Assembly (NCBI GenBank): GCA_002269645.1
Contig: NIVC01001475.1
Location: 1-64,000 of the forward strand
Direction: 5' to 3'
From: Macrostomum lignano
Taxonomy: Eukaryota
DNA: 64,000 nt
Part shown: piece after piece, positions 37,060 through 50,500 of the stretch
Numbering within the stretch: the first letter of the stretch is position 1
Layout of the letters: each line of letters opens with the position of its first letter
Notes under the pieces: generated by a model
The model's database searches: none
Told to the model about the DNA's origin: nothing
What the model saw: only the letters and a program-made list of their open reading frames with translations
Translations under genes and position numbers: made by a program

Positions 37060-37600
37060 AGTGGGTGATGAATGAGTAGTTTAGTGAGTGGGTGGGTGAA
37101 TGAATGATTAGGTGAGTGAGTGATTAAGTGAGTGAGTGAGTGACTGACTGACTGAATGAGTTAGTGAGTGAATGAGTGAGTTAGTAAGTGAGTTAGTGAG
37201 TGAATGAGTGAGTTAGTAAGTGAGTTAGTGAGTGAATGAGTGATTAGGTGAGTGAGTGAGTGAGTGAGTGAGTGAGTGAGTAAGTGAGTGAGTGAGTGTG
37301 TGATTGAGTGAGTGAGTAAGTGGGTGAGTGAGTGATTGAGTGAGTAAGTGAGTGAGTAAGTGAGTGAGTAAGTGAGTGATTGAGTGATTGAGTGAGTGAG
37401 TAAGTGGGTGAGTGAGTGATTGAGTGAGTGAGTGAGTGAGTAAGTGGGTGAGTGAGTGATTGAGTGAGTAAGTGAGTGATTGAGTGAGCGAGTGAGTGGG
37501 TGAGTGAGTGAATGATTGAGTGAGTGAGTGAGTGAGTGAGTAGGTGAGTAAATGAATGAATGAGTGACTGAGTGACTGAGTGAATGACCGCTTAAGTGAG
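37060..37600. repeat. (GAGT)n microsatellite
   Basis: Direct reading. Confidence 0.94.
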
Positions 37601-37902
37601 TGTCTTGGTTTGGTTTGTGGAGAATTTATTAACTCTAGGTTCTTATTCCGGGTCTCCTTGTTGAAGCCCTACCCTAGGTGAGTGAGTGCGTTTCTCAATG
37701 AATCGTGGCGAATGAAAAAACTTTAGTTGAGTTGTGGCGTCACTTTTTTGCCAATATTCGATCAATAATTCATTATTCTAGCTATGAAGCCGTATCCCGG
37801 AGGCTTGTTTTGACTATATAGTACAACATGAAATGGAATACAACTTATAACTTATTCTTCATAATTCCTGTTCTGTCTAGGCGTTTCGATACATAACGGT
37901 AA

Positions 37903-38165
37903 CTCACTCTCTCATTCACTCACTCGCTCACTCACTCACTCATTCACTCAATCACTCATTCGCTCACCACTCACTCACTCATTCACTCATTCACTCACTC
38001 GCTCACTCACTCACTCACTCACTCATTCACTCACTCGGTCACTCACTCACTCACTCGGTCACTCACTCACTCACTCACTCACTCACTCACTCACTCACTC
38101 ACTCACTCGCTCACTCACTCACAAACTCACTCTTCACTTTTTTACCCAGTCAGTCACTCACTGAG
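37903..38165. repeat. (TCAC)n microsatellite
   Basis: Direct reading. Confidence 0.94.
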
Positions 38166-38837
38166 TCAGTCACGGCAGCCTGGCTTGCACAGTTATAATT
38201 GCTACTCTACTGCTCTGTCAGCTCTAACGACTTCAATCTCTCTATCGCGTGCACCCCCGTCTCAATCTTTACTTTGCTCTGTACTCCAAAAATAAGACCA
38301 GGGCTTTGCTCGATCCAAGAGATTTTTGCTAAGAGGAAAAGTAAGTGGGAAGTTGACTCTCCTTTCTTCCTCTCCCTCTGTCTCTCTCTCTGTCTCTGGG
38401 AGATTTATTAGTTAGAGCAAAGTATTGAATTGGTGCGCAGGGCTTGCATGTTATTATATATTCTATTTTCCCCTATACAGTCAGTGACTAGCAGCAGTCT
38501 TCCCACTCCTGTGGCTTCTATACCTGGTTCTGCCCCCCCCCCCCCTACTGGCCACTCTATTTGTTTGGCTTCCTGTTACTCATTCGATTAATATTGCGAC
38601 ACACTGACTGTCAGTCAGGACCAGAATTTTTCACTGGCATATTTCTTATTTTTTAGCTTATATATACGCTCGGATGTTGATATGGAAAGCGGAGATACTG
38701 CTGCTTATGGCTGAATTATTGCGGCCTGTTGTGTTCGGGAACATTTTTTTCTTTTTCTGCGTGCTTGCGTGTGTGTGTGTGTGTGTGTTGTTTCTGGGAT
38801 GTCTGGGATGTTCAATCCTGTTTTATGCCGTCTGATC

Positions 38838-40297
38838 CCATCCAGTCCTCGTCCTATCCTATCCCATCCCATTCCATTCCATCCCATCATATCCTATCTG
38901 ATCCCATCCCATCCCATCTCATCATATCCTATGTGATCCCATCCCATCCCATTCCATCCCATCCCATCTGATCCCATCTCATCATATCCTATCTGATCCC
39001 ATCCCATCCCATCCCATCCTATCTGATCCCATCCCATCCCATCCCATCCTGTCTGATCCCATCCCATCCCATCCAATCCTGTCTGATCCCATCCCATCCC
39101 ATCTCATCATATTCTATGTGATCCCATCCCATCCCATCCCATCTGATCCCATCTCATCATATCCTATCTGATCCCATCCCATCCCATCCCATCCTATCTG
39201 ATCCCATCCCATCCCATCCCATCCTGTCTGATCCCATCCCATCCCATCCCATCCTGTCTGATCCCATCCCATCCCATCCCATCCTGTCTGATCCCATCCC
39301 ATCATATCCTATCTGATCCCATCTCATCATATCCCATCTGATCCCATCCCATCCCATCCTATCTGATCCCATCCCATCTTATCCCATCCTATCTGATCCC
39401 ATCCCATCCCATCCCATCCTGTCTGATCCCATCCCATCCCATCCCATCCTGTCTGATCCCATCCCATCATATCCTATCTGATCCCATTCAATCCCATCAT
39501 ATCCCAACCCATCCTATCCCATCCCATCCCATCATATCCTATCTGATCCCATCCCATCCCATCTCATCATATCCTATGTGATCCCATCCCATCCCATTCC
39601 ATCCCATCCCATCCCATCTGATCCCATCCCATCATATCCATCTGATCCCATCCCATCCCATCCAATCCTGTCTGATCCCATCCCATCCCATCTCATCATA
39701 TTCTATGTGATCCCATCCCATCCCATCCCATCTGATCCCATCTCATCATATCCTATCTGATCCCATCCCATCCCATCCCATCCTATCTGATCCCATCCCA
39801 TCCCATCCCATCCTGTCTGATCCCATCCCATCCCATCCCATCCTGTCTGATCCCATCCCATCCCATCCCATCCTATCTGATCCCATCCCATCATATCCTA
39901 TCTGATCCCATCTCATCATATCCCATCTGATCCCATCCCATCCCATCCTATCTGATCCCATCCCATCCCATCCCATCCTGTCTGATCCCATCCCATCCCA
40001 TCCCATCCTGTCTGATCCCATCCCATCATATCCTATCTGATCCCATCTCATCATATCCCATCTGATCCCATCCCATCCCATCCTATCTGATCCCATCCCA
40101 TCCTATCCCATCCTATCTGATCCCATCCCATCCCATCCCATCCTGTCTGATCCCATCCCATCCCATCCCATCCTGTCTGATCACATCCCATCATATCCTA
40201 TCTGATCCCATTCAATCCCATCATATCCCAACCCATCCTATCCCATTCCATTCCATCATATCCCAACTGATCCCACCCCATCCCATCCCATATGATC
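38838..40297. repeat. (CCCAT)n-derived array with 20-25 bp periodicity
   Basis: atcccatcccatcccatcct(g/a)tctg units. Confidence 0.95.
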
Positions 40298-41209
40298 CTA
40301 ACCTATGCGACATTATCGCAAGAAGAGGTAACTTCACAGAAAAGAGAGATTCGCCCCCATGGCTAGGTGATATTTTAATGAGGCGCATTGATTCTGTTAG
40401 AATTGCAGCCAGCATCAACAAGAGGCGGCAGCTGAGGCAACAAATTGATTTCCTATTCGTCGTCAATCTCATTTTTGCGCAGCGGATAGATCGGAAATGA
40501 AGCTTATTAAAAGCGGACAGAAAATCTCCGGGTTAATCCTAAGAACTGCAGATGGATCAGATTCCCTCCTGCACGCGTGGATTGAGTCTAGTTAGTTAGC
40601 TCGAGACCTATACTACATAAGCGACTTGACTTTCTTCTTAAGCTTTGTGTAGCAGAAACGTGCTCTTTCTTGTCTTGGGTGGGATTATTTCATCGAATCC
40701 TTATAATCCCCATTTTTACGAGTAGAATGATGCTGAGGAGACTGTGAGAGGAGAGAGACAGACCTTAAGCCCTATGATTAACATTCAGACCCTGTTGCTT
40801 CTGCAGCTCATGTTTTATAACTATGATTAATTGATTCTTTATTATACACGCGTATGTGCGCGTAGATAAGAAGATTTATTTGCATTTTGGTGTATTAATT
40901 ATTTAACAGCTATAATGGCTTGCGTCTTTAATGCTCTGTATAGCCTACAGGCTTTCCTTTTCAGCCTTCTCAAGAGAATCTCTTTGCTGATCTGCTCATC
41001 ATTTTAAAAGCTATTCAATGCTCACGGTTCTTTGCTTTCAACGTTTATACCTACCTGTACTGCACATTTCCATTAATTGGCATTCTTCGGTGCTACTCTC
41101 CAAAGCCAGTAAGGAGGCCAAGATTGAGAACAGAATTCAGATTGACTCTTCTGAGTGCTTTTCCCTGTCTGTCAGACTCTAACTGCCTCTGCTTGCCATT
41201 CCAATATTC

Positions 41210-41317
41210 TGTCTGTCTGCCTACCTGCCTGTCTGTCTGTCTGTCTGCCTACCTGCCTGTCTGTCTGTCTGTCTGCCTACCTGTCTGTCTGCCTGTCTGC
41301 CTGCCTGCCTGCCTGCC

Positions 41318-41406
<89 letters not shown>

Positions 41407-41417
41407 GTCTGTCTGTG

Positions 41418-41450
<33 letters not shown>

Positions 41451-41466
41451 GACTACCTGCCTTTCG

Positions 41467-41516
<50 letters not shown>
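41210..41516. repeat. (TCTG)n microsatellite, left flank of the TIR element
   Basis: Direct reading; embedded gactacctgcctttcg. Confidence 0.95.
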
Positions 41517-41519
41517 TCT

Positions 41520-44500
41520 ACTGTCTGTGTGTTTACGTGGACTTTTTGGAAGTTCAGTAGCCTCGTTAGCTGGACCAACCGGTGTAGGTAGACCACTTAG
41601 GTGGACCACCAAATAATTTTGTCTCTGGTGGGGTTAAGACGTTGATGAGGATCTCACATTAATGTCAGGCGGGTCAAGAAAGGCTTAAGCAATTTTGGGA
41701 TGTCTAGCATGGATTTTGCCAAAGTTATTTGCATTTCAGTTTAGCTGGACCTCCAGCCTGGTCTACCTAAACCGAGCGAGTCTGGTCCACGTAAACCGAA
41801 AAATTTCAGAAAATTTTTCGAAATCGTCTGTTTGTGTCTGTTTGTGTCTGTTTGTGTCTGTTTGTGTATAGCAGTTATTAAGCATAGATTCAATGCAAAA
41901 CTGAATTTTTTACAGATCATTACCTTACGAACAAAGGGCTATGTTGGCATCATATTATGACCGCTACTGGCTTTAAAACAATATGCGTTCAGTTCTTTGA
42001 CATTCAAGTAGGTGCGCAGGTTAATTAAAAATTCTGAAACCTCGTATGCGAAATGAATTTGATACAGTAAACTTTAAACTCCATTTAATTAGCTCAGTTC
42101 CAGCAATTCCGGTATCGTACTCTGAGCACAGACTCACAGAGTAAGACACCAACGTAAAGAAATCCAATTCGCTAACCAGATCAAACGATAAAGACTCCGA
42201 GACAAGAAAGATATTTAAGTGAAGCTTAAATAGTATTCTTCAATGACTTCTCAAGAACTCCCAGTGGTCCTTGATAGCCACACTGTGTAAATGCGAATTT
42301 CTGAGGCTCTACCATTACACAAGAATAAAATAGCAACTTCATGAATTAAGTGCTTGCCAATTCTATCCTAAACACTATGGGATATCCTGTTCTATCCTCC
42401 TCCAATGTTGGAAGAAGAAGATCCTAAGCTGCAGCCTTTCAAGTGCAAAGTTGAAGATGCAATTTACCTAATTGAAAAGGACAATTCATACATGTACATG
42501 CAAAAGATTTGATCAAGAGGACGCAATTAAGAAGGGCCTTTTAGCTAGCGATCGGGTCTCTGACTCTCTAGCAAAAGGTCGACTTGATTGCGGTCCCAGT
42601 AAAACTAAGAACGCATTAACAGTCAGCCTAACACTCACTGTCTGTTTGGTCCACGTAAACACATGTGCAGGAGTATAGGGTTGGAACAGACAGACAGACA
42701 GACCTCCCTTTCTATAATTGGCTGGTTAACACTTAGGAGGATAGATCCACCCCAACAATGGGACCGACCGCAGCCAATAGGAAACCCGCAAGCGTTCTGA
42801 AGGTAAGACAGTGGAGAGAGGGATATATAATGTCTAAGCGGGTGGTCCACGTAAACCATGGCGTAGTGAGACCAGACACAGACAGTTTAAAAGAAAGTAC
42901 TTATAATCCATACTATACAACTCTAAAGGATTGCAATTGTATAGATTAGAACGGTTTTTTATACTTAATAGGTCTAATGTTAATCCTTACTCCAAGTTTC
43001 ATCCACATATAAATTTATTGTGCCAAAAACTGTAATCTACAACCAAGATATGATAACCCACAAAAAAGGACGCCAAGCCTAATATAAAAACTAAAAAAAC
43101 ACCGTCGCAAAAAGCCACTGCGAAATCGAAGAAGCCGCATCGCCTGGTGAAAATCATCAGTCTGCTCGCAAATCCGTCGACACCGAGTCCAGAAAAGTGA
43201 GTTTCGTTTGATGATCTCAAAGTAGCTAGCTGCAGGGCCTGCAACTCAATTGCTGTAGAGAAGCTGGTCCACCTAACCTACAGACACAACTGAATCAGCT
43301 CTCTCAGTCTGTTTGAGGCTTTGGCTCTCAGAAGGTGGTCCACCTAACCTACAGACACAACTCGAACAGATTTCTCTGTCTGTTTGAGGCTCTGGCTCTC
43401 AGAGCCGCCGAGAAAGTTTAGTGCCGAGAATGCTTCAGTTTGTTAGAATGCAATCAGAACAGATTCCTAGAAAGTGAGCTAGTCCAGCATCGAGGTAGAA
43501 CATCTGGATGTGTAACGAGAGGCTCTCGGAGATTCCTGGCTCAGATTATCGCCTAGAAGTGCTGTAGAATAGCTGGTCCACCTAACCTACAGACACAACT
43601 CGAACAGATTTCTCTGTCTGTTTGAGGCTCTGGCTCTCAGAGCCGCCGAGAAAGTTTAGTGCCGAGAATGCTTCAGTTTGTTAGAATGCAATCAGAACAG
43701 ATTCCTAGAAAGTGAGCTAGTCCAGCATCAAGGCAGAACATCTGGATGTGTAACGAAAGTCTCTCGGAGACTCCTGGCTCAGATTATCGCCTAGAAGTGC
43801 TGTGGAGTAGCTGGTCCACCTAACCTACAGACACAACTCGAACAGATTTCTCTGTCTGTTTGAGGCTCTGGATCTCAGAGCCGCCGAGAAAGTTTAGTGC
43901 CGAGAATGCTTCAGTTTGTTAGAATGCAATCAGAACAGATTCCTAGAAAGTGAGCTAGTCCAGCATCAAGGCAGAACATCTGGATGTGTAACGAGAGGCT
44001 CTCGGAGATTCCTGGCTCAGATTATCGCCTAGAAGTGCTGTGGAGTAGCTGGTCCACCTAACCTACAGACACAACTCGAACAGATTTCTCTGTCTGTTTG
44101 AGGCTCTGGCTCTCAGAGCCGCCGAGAAAGTTTAGTGCCGAGAATGCTTCAGTTTGTTAGAATGCAATCAGAACATATTCCTAGAAAGTGAGCTAGTCCA
44201 GCATCGAGGTAGAACATCTGGATGTGTAACGAGAGGCTCTCGGAGATTCCTGGCTCAGATTATCGCCTAGAAGTGCTTTGGAGTAGCTGGTCCACCTAAC
44301 CTACAGACACAACTCGAACAGATTTCTCTGTCTGTTTAGGGCTCTGGCTCTTAGGTGGTCCACATAACCTACAGACACAACTGAAGCAGCTCTCTCAGTC
44401 TGTTTGAGGCTTTGGCTCTCAGTAGCTGGTCCACCTAACCTACAGACACAACTCGAACAGATTTCTCTGTCTGTTTAAGGCTCTGGCTCTCAGAGCCGCC

Positions 44501-47500
44501 GAGAAAGTTTAGTGCAGAAAATGCTTCAGTTTGTTAGAATGCAATCAGAACATATTCCTAGAAAGTGAGCTAGTCCAGCATCAAGGCAGAACATCTGGAT
44601 GTGTAACGAAAGTCTCTCGGAGACTCCTGGCTCAGATTATCGCCTAGAAGTGCTGTGGAGTAGCTGGTCCACCTAACCTACAGACACAACTCGAACAGAT
44701 TTCTCTGTCTGTTTAGGGCTCTGGCTCTTAGGTGGTCCACATAACCTACAGACACAACTGAATCAGCTCTCTCAGTCTGTTTGAGGCTTTGGCTCTCAGT
44801 AGCTGGTCCACCTGAACCTACAGACACAACTCGAACAGATTTCTCTGTCTGTTTAAGGCTCTGGCTCTCAGAGCCGCCGAGAAAGTTTAGTGCAGAAAAT
44901 GCTTCAGTTTGTTAGAATGCAATCAGAACATATTCCTAGAAAGTGAGCTAGTCCAGCATCAAGGCAGAACATCTGGATGTGTAACGAAAGTCTCTCGGAG
45001 ACTCCTGGCTCAGATTATCGCCTAGAAGTGCTGTAGAATAGCTGGTCCACCTAACCTACAGACACAACTCGAACAGATTTCTCTGTCTGTTTGAGGCTCT
45101 GGCTCTCAGAGCCGCCGAAAAAGTTTAGTGCCGAGAATGCTTCAGTTTGTTAGAATGCAATCATAACAGATTCCTAGAAAGTGAGCTAGTCCAGCATCAA
45201 GGCAGAACATCTGGATGTGTAACGAAAGTCTCTCGGAGACTCCTGGCTCAGATTATCGCCTAGAAGTGCTGTGGAGTAGCTGGTCCACCTAACCTACAGA
45301 CACAACTCGAACAGATTTCTCTGTCTGTTTGAGGCTCTGGCTCTCAGAGCCGCCGAGAAAGTTTAGTGCCGAGAATGCTTCAGTTTGTTAGAATGCAATC
45401 AGAACATATTCCTAGAAAGTGAGCTAGTCCAGCATCGAGGTAGAACATCTGGATGTGTAACGAGAGGCTCTCGGAGATTCCTGGCTCAGATTATCGCCTA
45501 GAAGTGCTTTGGAGTAGCTGGTCCACCTAACCTACAGACACAACTCGAACAGATTTCTCTGTCTGTTTAGGGCTCTGGCTCTTAGGTGGTCCACATAACC
45601 TACAGACACAACTGAAGCAGCTCTCTCAGTCTGTTTGAGGCTTTGGCTCTCAGTAGCTGGTCCACCTAACCTACAGACACAACTCGAACAGATTTCTCTG
45701 TCTGTTTAAGGCTCTGGCTCTCAGAGCCGCCGAGAAAGTTTAGTGCAGAAAATGCTTCAGTTTGTTAGAATGCAATCAGAACATATTCCTAGAAAGTGAG
45801 CTAGTCCAGCATCAAGGCAGAACATCTGGATGTGTAACGAGAGGCTCTCGGAGATTCCTGGCTCAGATTATCGCCTAGAAGTGCTGTGGAGTAGCTGGTC
45901 CACCTAACCTACAGACACAACTCGAACAGATTTCTCTGTCTGTTTAGGGCTCTGGCTCTTAGGTGGTCCACATAACCTACAGACACAACTGAAGCAGCTC
46001 TCTCAGTCTGTTTGAGGCTTTGGCTCTCAGTAGCTGGTCCACCTAACCTACAGACACAACTCGAACAGATTTCTCTGTCTGTTTAAGGCTCTGGCTCTCA
46101 GAGCCGCCGAGAAAGTTTAGTGCAGAAAATGCTTCAGTTTGTTAGAATGCAATCAGAACATATTCCTAGAAAGTGAGCTAGTCCAGCATCAAGGCAGAAC
46201 ATCTGGATGTGTAACGAAAGTCTCTCGGAGACTCCTGGCTCAGATTATCGCCTAGAAGTGCTGTGGAGTAGCTGGTCCACCTAACCTACAGACACAACTC
46301 GAACAGATTTCTCTGTCTGTTTAGGGCTCTGGCTCTTAGGTGGTCCACATAACCTACAGACACAACTGAATCAGCTCTCTCAGTCTGTTTGAGGCTTTGG
46401 CTCTCAGTAGCTGGTCCACCTGAACCTACAGACACAACTCGAACAGATTTCTCTGTCTGTTTAAGGCTCTGGCTCTCAGAGCCGCCGAGAAAGTTTAGTG
46501 CAGAAAATGCTTCAGTTTGTTAGAATGCAATCAGAACATATTCCTAGAAAGTGAGCTAGTCCAGCATCAAGGCAGAACATCTATATGTGTAACGAAAGTC
46601 TCTCGGAGACTCCTGGCTCAGATTATCGCCTAGAAGTGCTGTAGAATAGCTGGTCCACCTAACCTACAGACACAACTCGAACAGATTTCTCTGTCTGTTT
46701 GAGGCTCTGGCTCTCAGAGCCGCCGAGAAAGTTTAGTGCCGAGAATGCTTCAGTTTGTTAGAATGCAATCAGAACAGATTCCTAGAAAGTGAGCTAGTCC
46801 AGCATCAAGGCAGAACATCTGGATGTGTAACGAAAGTCTCTCGGAGACTCCTGGCTCAGATTATCGCCTAGAAGTGCTGTGGAGTAGCTGGTCCACCTAA
46901 CCTACAGACACAACTCGAACAGATTTCTCTGTCTGTTTGAGGCTCTGGCTCTCAGAGCCGCCGAGAAAGTTTAGTGCCGAGAATGCTTCAGTTTGTTAGA
47001 ATGCAATCAGAACATATTCCTAGAAAGTGAGCTAGTCCAGCATCGAGGTAGAACATCTGGATGTGTAACGAGAGGCTCTCGGAGATTCCTGGCTCAGATT
47101 ATCGCCTAGAAGTGCTTTGGAGTAGCTGGTCCACCTAACCTACAGACACAACTCGAACAGATTTCTCTGTCTGTTTAGGGCTCTGGCTCTTAGGTGGTCC
47201 ACATAACCTACAGACACAACTGAAGCAGCTCTCTCAGTCTGTTTGAGGCTTTGGCTCTCAGTAGCTGGTCCACCTAACCTACAGACACAACTCGAACAGA
47301 TTTCTCTGTCTGTTTAAGGCTCTGGCTCTCAGAGCCGCCGAGAAAGTTTAGTGCAGAAAATGCTTCAGTTTGTTAGAATGCAATCAGAACATATTCCTAG
47401 AAAGTGAGCTAGTCCAGCATCAAGGCAGAACATCTGGATGTGTAACGAGAGGCTCTCGGAGATTCCTGGCTCAGATTATCGCCTAGAAGTGCTGTGGAGT

Positions 47501-50500
47501 AGCTGGTCCACCTAACCTACAGACACAACTCGAACAGATTTCTCTGTCTGTTTAGGGCTCTGGCTCTTAGGTGGTCCACATAACCTACAGACACAACTGA
47601 AGCAGCTCTCTCAGTCTGTTTGAGGCTTTGGCTCTCAGTAGCTGGTCCACCTAACCTACAGACACAACTCGAACAGATTTCTCTGTCTGTTTGAGGCTCT
47701 GGCTCTCAGAGCCGCCGAGAAAGTTTAGTGCCGAGAATGCTTCAGTTTGTTAGAATGCAATCAGAACATATTCCTAGAAAGTGAGCTAGTCCAGCATCAA
47801 GGCAGAACATCTGGATGTGTAACGAGAGGCTCTCGGAGATTCCTGGCTCAGATTATCGCCTAGAAGTGCTGTAGAATAGCTGGTCCACCTAACCTACAGA
47901 CACAACTCGAACAGATTTCTCTGTCTGTTTGAGGCTCTGGCTCTCAGAGCCGCCGAGAAAGTTTAGTGCCGAGAATGCTTCAGTTTGTTAGAATGCAATC
48001 AGAACATATTCCTAGAAAGTGAGCTAGTCCAGCATCAAGGCAGAACATCTGGATGTGTAACGAAAGTCTCTCGGAGACTCCTGGCTCAGATTATCGCCTA
48101 GAAGTGCTGTGGAGTAGCTGGTCCACCTAACCTACAGACACAACTCGAACAGATTTCTCTGTCTGTTTAGGGCTCTGGCTCTTAGGTGGTCCACATAACC
48201 TACAGACACAACTGAATCAGCTCTCTCAGTCTGTTTGAGGCTTTGGCTCTCAGTAGCTGGTCCACCTGAACCTACAGACACAACTCGAACAGATTTCTCT
48301 GTCTGTTTAAGGCTCTGGCTCTCAGAGCCGCCGAGAAAGTTTAGTGCAGAAAATGCTTCAGTTTGTTAGAATGCAATCAGAACATATTCCTAGAAAGTGA
48401 GCTAGTCCAGCATCAAGGCAGAACATCTGGATGTGTAACGAAAGTCTCTCGGAGACTCCTGGCTCAGATTATCGCCTAGAAGTGCTGTAGAATAGCTGGT
48501 CCACCTAACCTACAGACACAACTCGAACAGATTTCTCTGTCTGTTTGAGGCTCTGGCTCTCAGAGCCGCCGAGAAAGTTTAGTGCCGAGAATGCTTCAGT
48601 TTGTTAGAATGCAATTAGAACAGATTCCTAGAAAGTGAGCTAGTCCAGCATCAAGGCAGAACATCTGGATGTGTAACGAAAGTCTCTCGGAGACTCCTGG
48701 CTCAGATTATCGCCTAGAATTGCTGTGGAGTAGCTGGTCCACCTAACCTACAGACACAACTCGAACAGATTTCTCTGTCTGTTTGAGGCTCTGGCTCTCA
48801 GAGCCGCCGAGAAAGTTTAGTGCCGAGAATGCTTCAGTTTGTTAGAATGCAATCAGAACATATTCCTAGAAAGTGAGCTAGTCCAGCATCGAGGTAGAAC
48901 ATCTGGATGTGTAACGAGAGGCTCTCGGAGATTCCTGGCTCAGATTATCGCCTAGAAGTGCTTTGGAGTAGCTGGTCCACCTAACCTACAGACACAACTC
49001 GAACAGATTTCTCTGTCTGTTTAGGGCTCTGGCTCTTAGGTGGTCCACATAACCTACAGACACAACTGAAGCAGCTCTCTCAGTCTGTTTGAGGCTTTGG
49101 CTCTCAGTAGCTGGTCCACCTAACCTACAGACACAACTCGAACAGATTTCTCTGTCTGTTTAAGGCTCTGGCTCTCAGAGCCGCCGAGAAAGTTTAGTGC
49201 AGAAAATGCTTCAGTTTGTTAGAATGCAATCAGAACATATTCCTAGAAAGTGAGCTAGTCCAGCATCAAGGCAGAACATCTGGATGTGTAACGAGAGGCT
49301 CTCGGAGATTCCTGGCTCAGATTATCGCCTAGAAGTGCTGTGGAGTAGCTGGTCCACCTAACCTACAGACACAACTCGAACAGATTTCTCTGTCTGTTTA
49401 GGGCTCTGGCTCTTAGGTGGTCCACATAACCTACAGACACAACTGAAGCAGCTCTCTCAGTCTGTTTGAGGCTTTGGCTCTCAGTAGCTGGTCCACCTAA
49501 CCTACAGACACAACTCGAACAGATTTCTCTGTCTGTTTAAGGCTCTGGCTCTCAGAGCCGCCGAGAAAGTTTAGTGCAGAAAATGCTTCAGTTTGTTAGA
49601 ATGCAATCAGAACATATTCCTAGAAAGTGAGCTAGTCCAGCATCAAGGCAGAACATCTGGATGTGTAACGAAAGTCTCTCGGAGACTCCTGGCTCAGATT
49701 ATCGCCTAGAAGTGCTGTGGAGTAGCTGGTCCACCTAACCTACAGACACAACTCGAACAGATTTCTCTGTCTGTTTAGGGCTCTGGCTCTTAGGTGGTCC
49801 ACATAACCTACAGACACAACTGAATCAGCTCTCTCAGTCTGTTTGAGGCTTTGGCTCTCAGTAGCTGGTCCACCTGAACCTACAGACACAACTCGAACAG
49901 ATTTCTCTGTCTGTTTAAGGCTCTGGCTCTCAGAGCCGCCGAGAAAGTTTAGTGCAGAAAATGCTTCAGTTTGTTAGAATGCAATCAGAACATATTCCTA
50001 GAAAGTGAGCTAGTCCAGCATCAAGGCAGAACATCTATATGTGTAACGAAAGTCTCTCGGAGACTCCTGGCTCAGATTATCGCCTAGAAGTGCTGTAGAA
50101 TAGCTGGTCCACCTAACCTACAGACACAACTCGAACAGATTTCTCTGTCTGTTTGAGGCTCTGGCTCTCAGAGCCGCCGAGAAAGTTTAGTGCCGAGAAT
50201 GCTTCAGTTTGTTAGAATGCAATCAGAACAGATTCCTAGAAAGTGAGCTAGTCCAGCATCAAGGCAGAACATCTGGATGTGTAACGAAAGTCTCTCGGAG
50301 ACTCCTGGCTCAGATTATCGCCTAGAAGTGCTGTGGAGTAGCTGGTCCACCTAACCTACAGACACAACTCGAACAGATTTCTCTGTCTGTTTGAGGCTCT
50401 GGCTCTCAGAGCCGCCGAGAAAGTTTAGTGCCGAGAATGCTTCAGTTTGTTAGAATGCAATCAGAACATATTCCTAGAAAGTGAGCTAGTCCAGCATCGA

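Noticed and set aside
43680-43800. Zinc-finger-like peptide LECNQNRFLESELVQHQG in the 238-bp monomer
   Set aside because: Cys/His spacing does not fit C2H2, and each monomer has stops in all + strand frames examined
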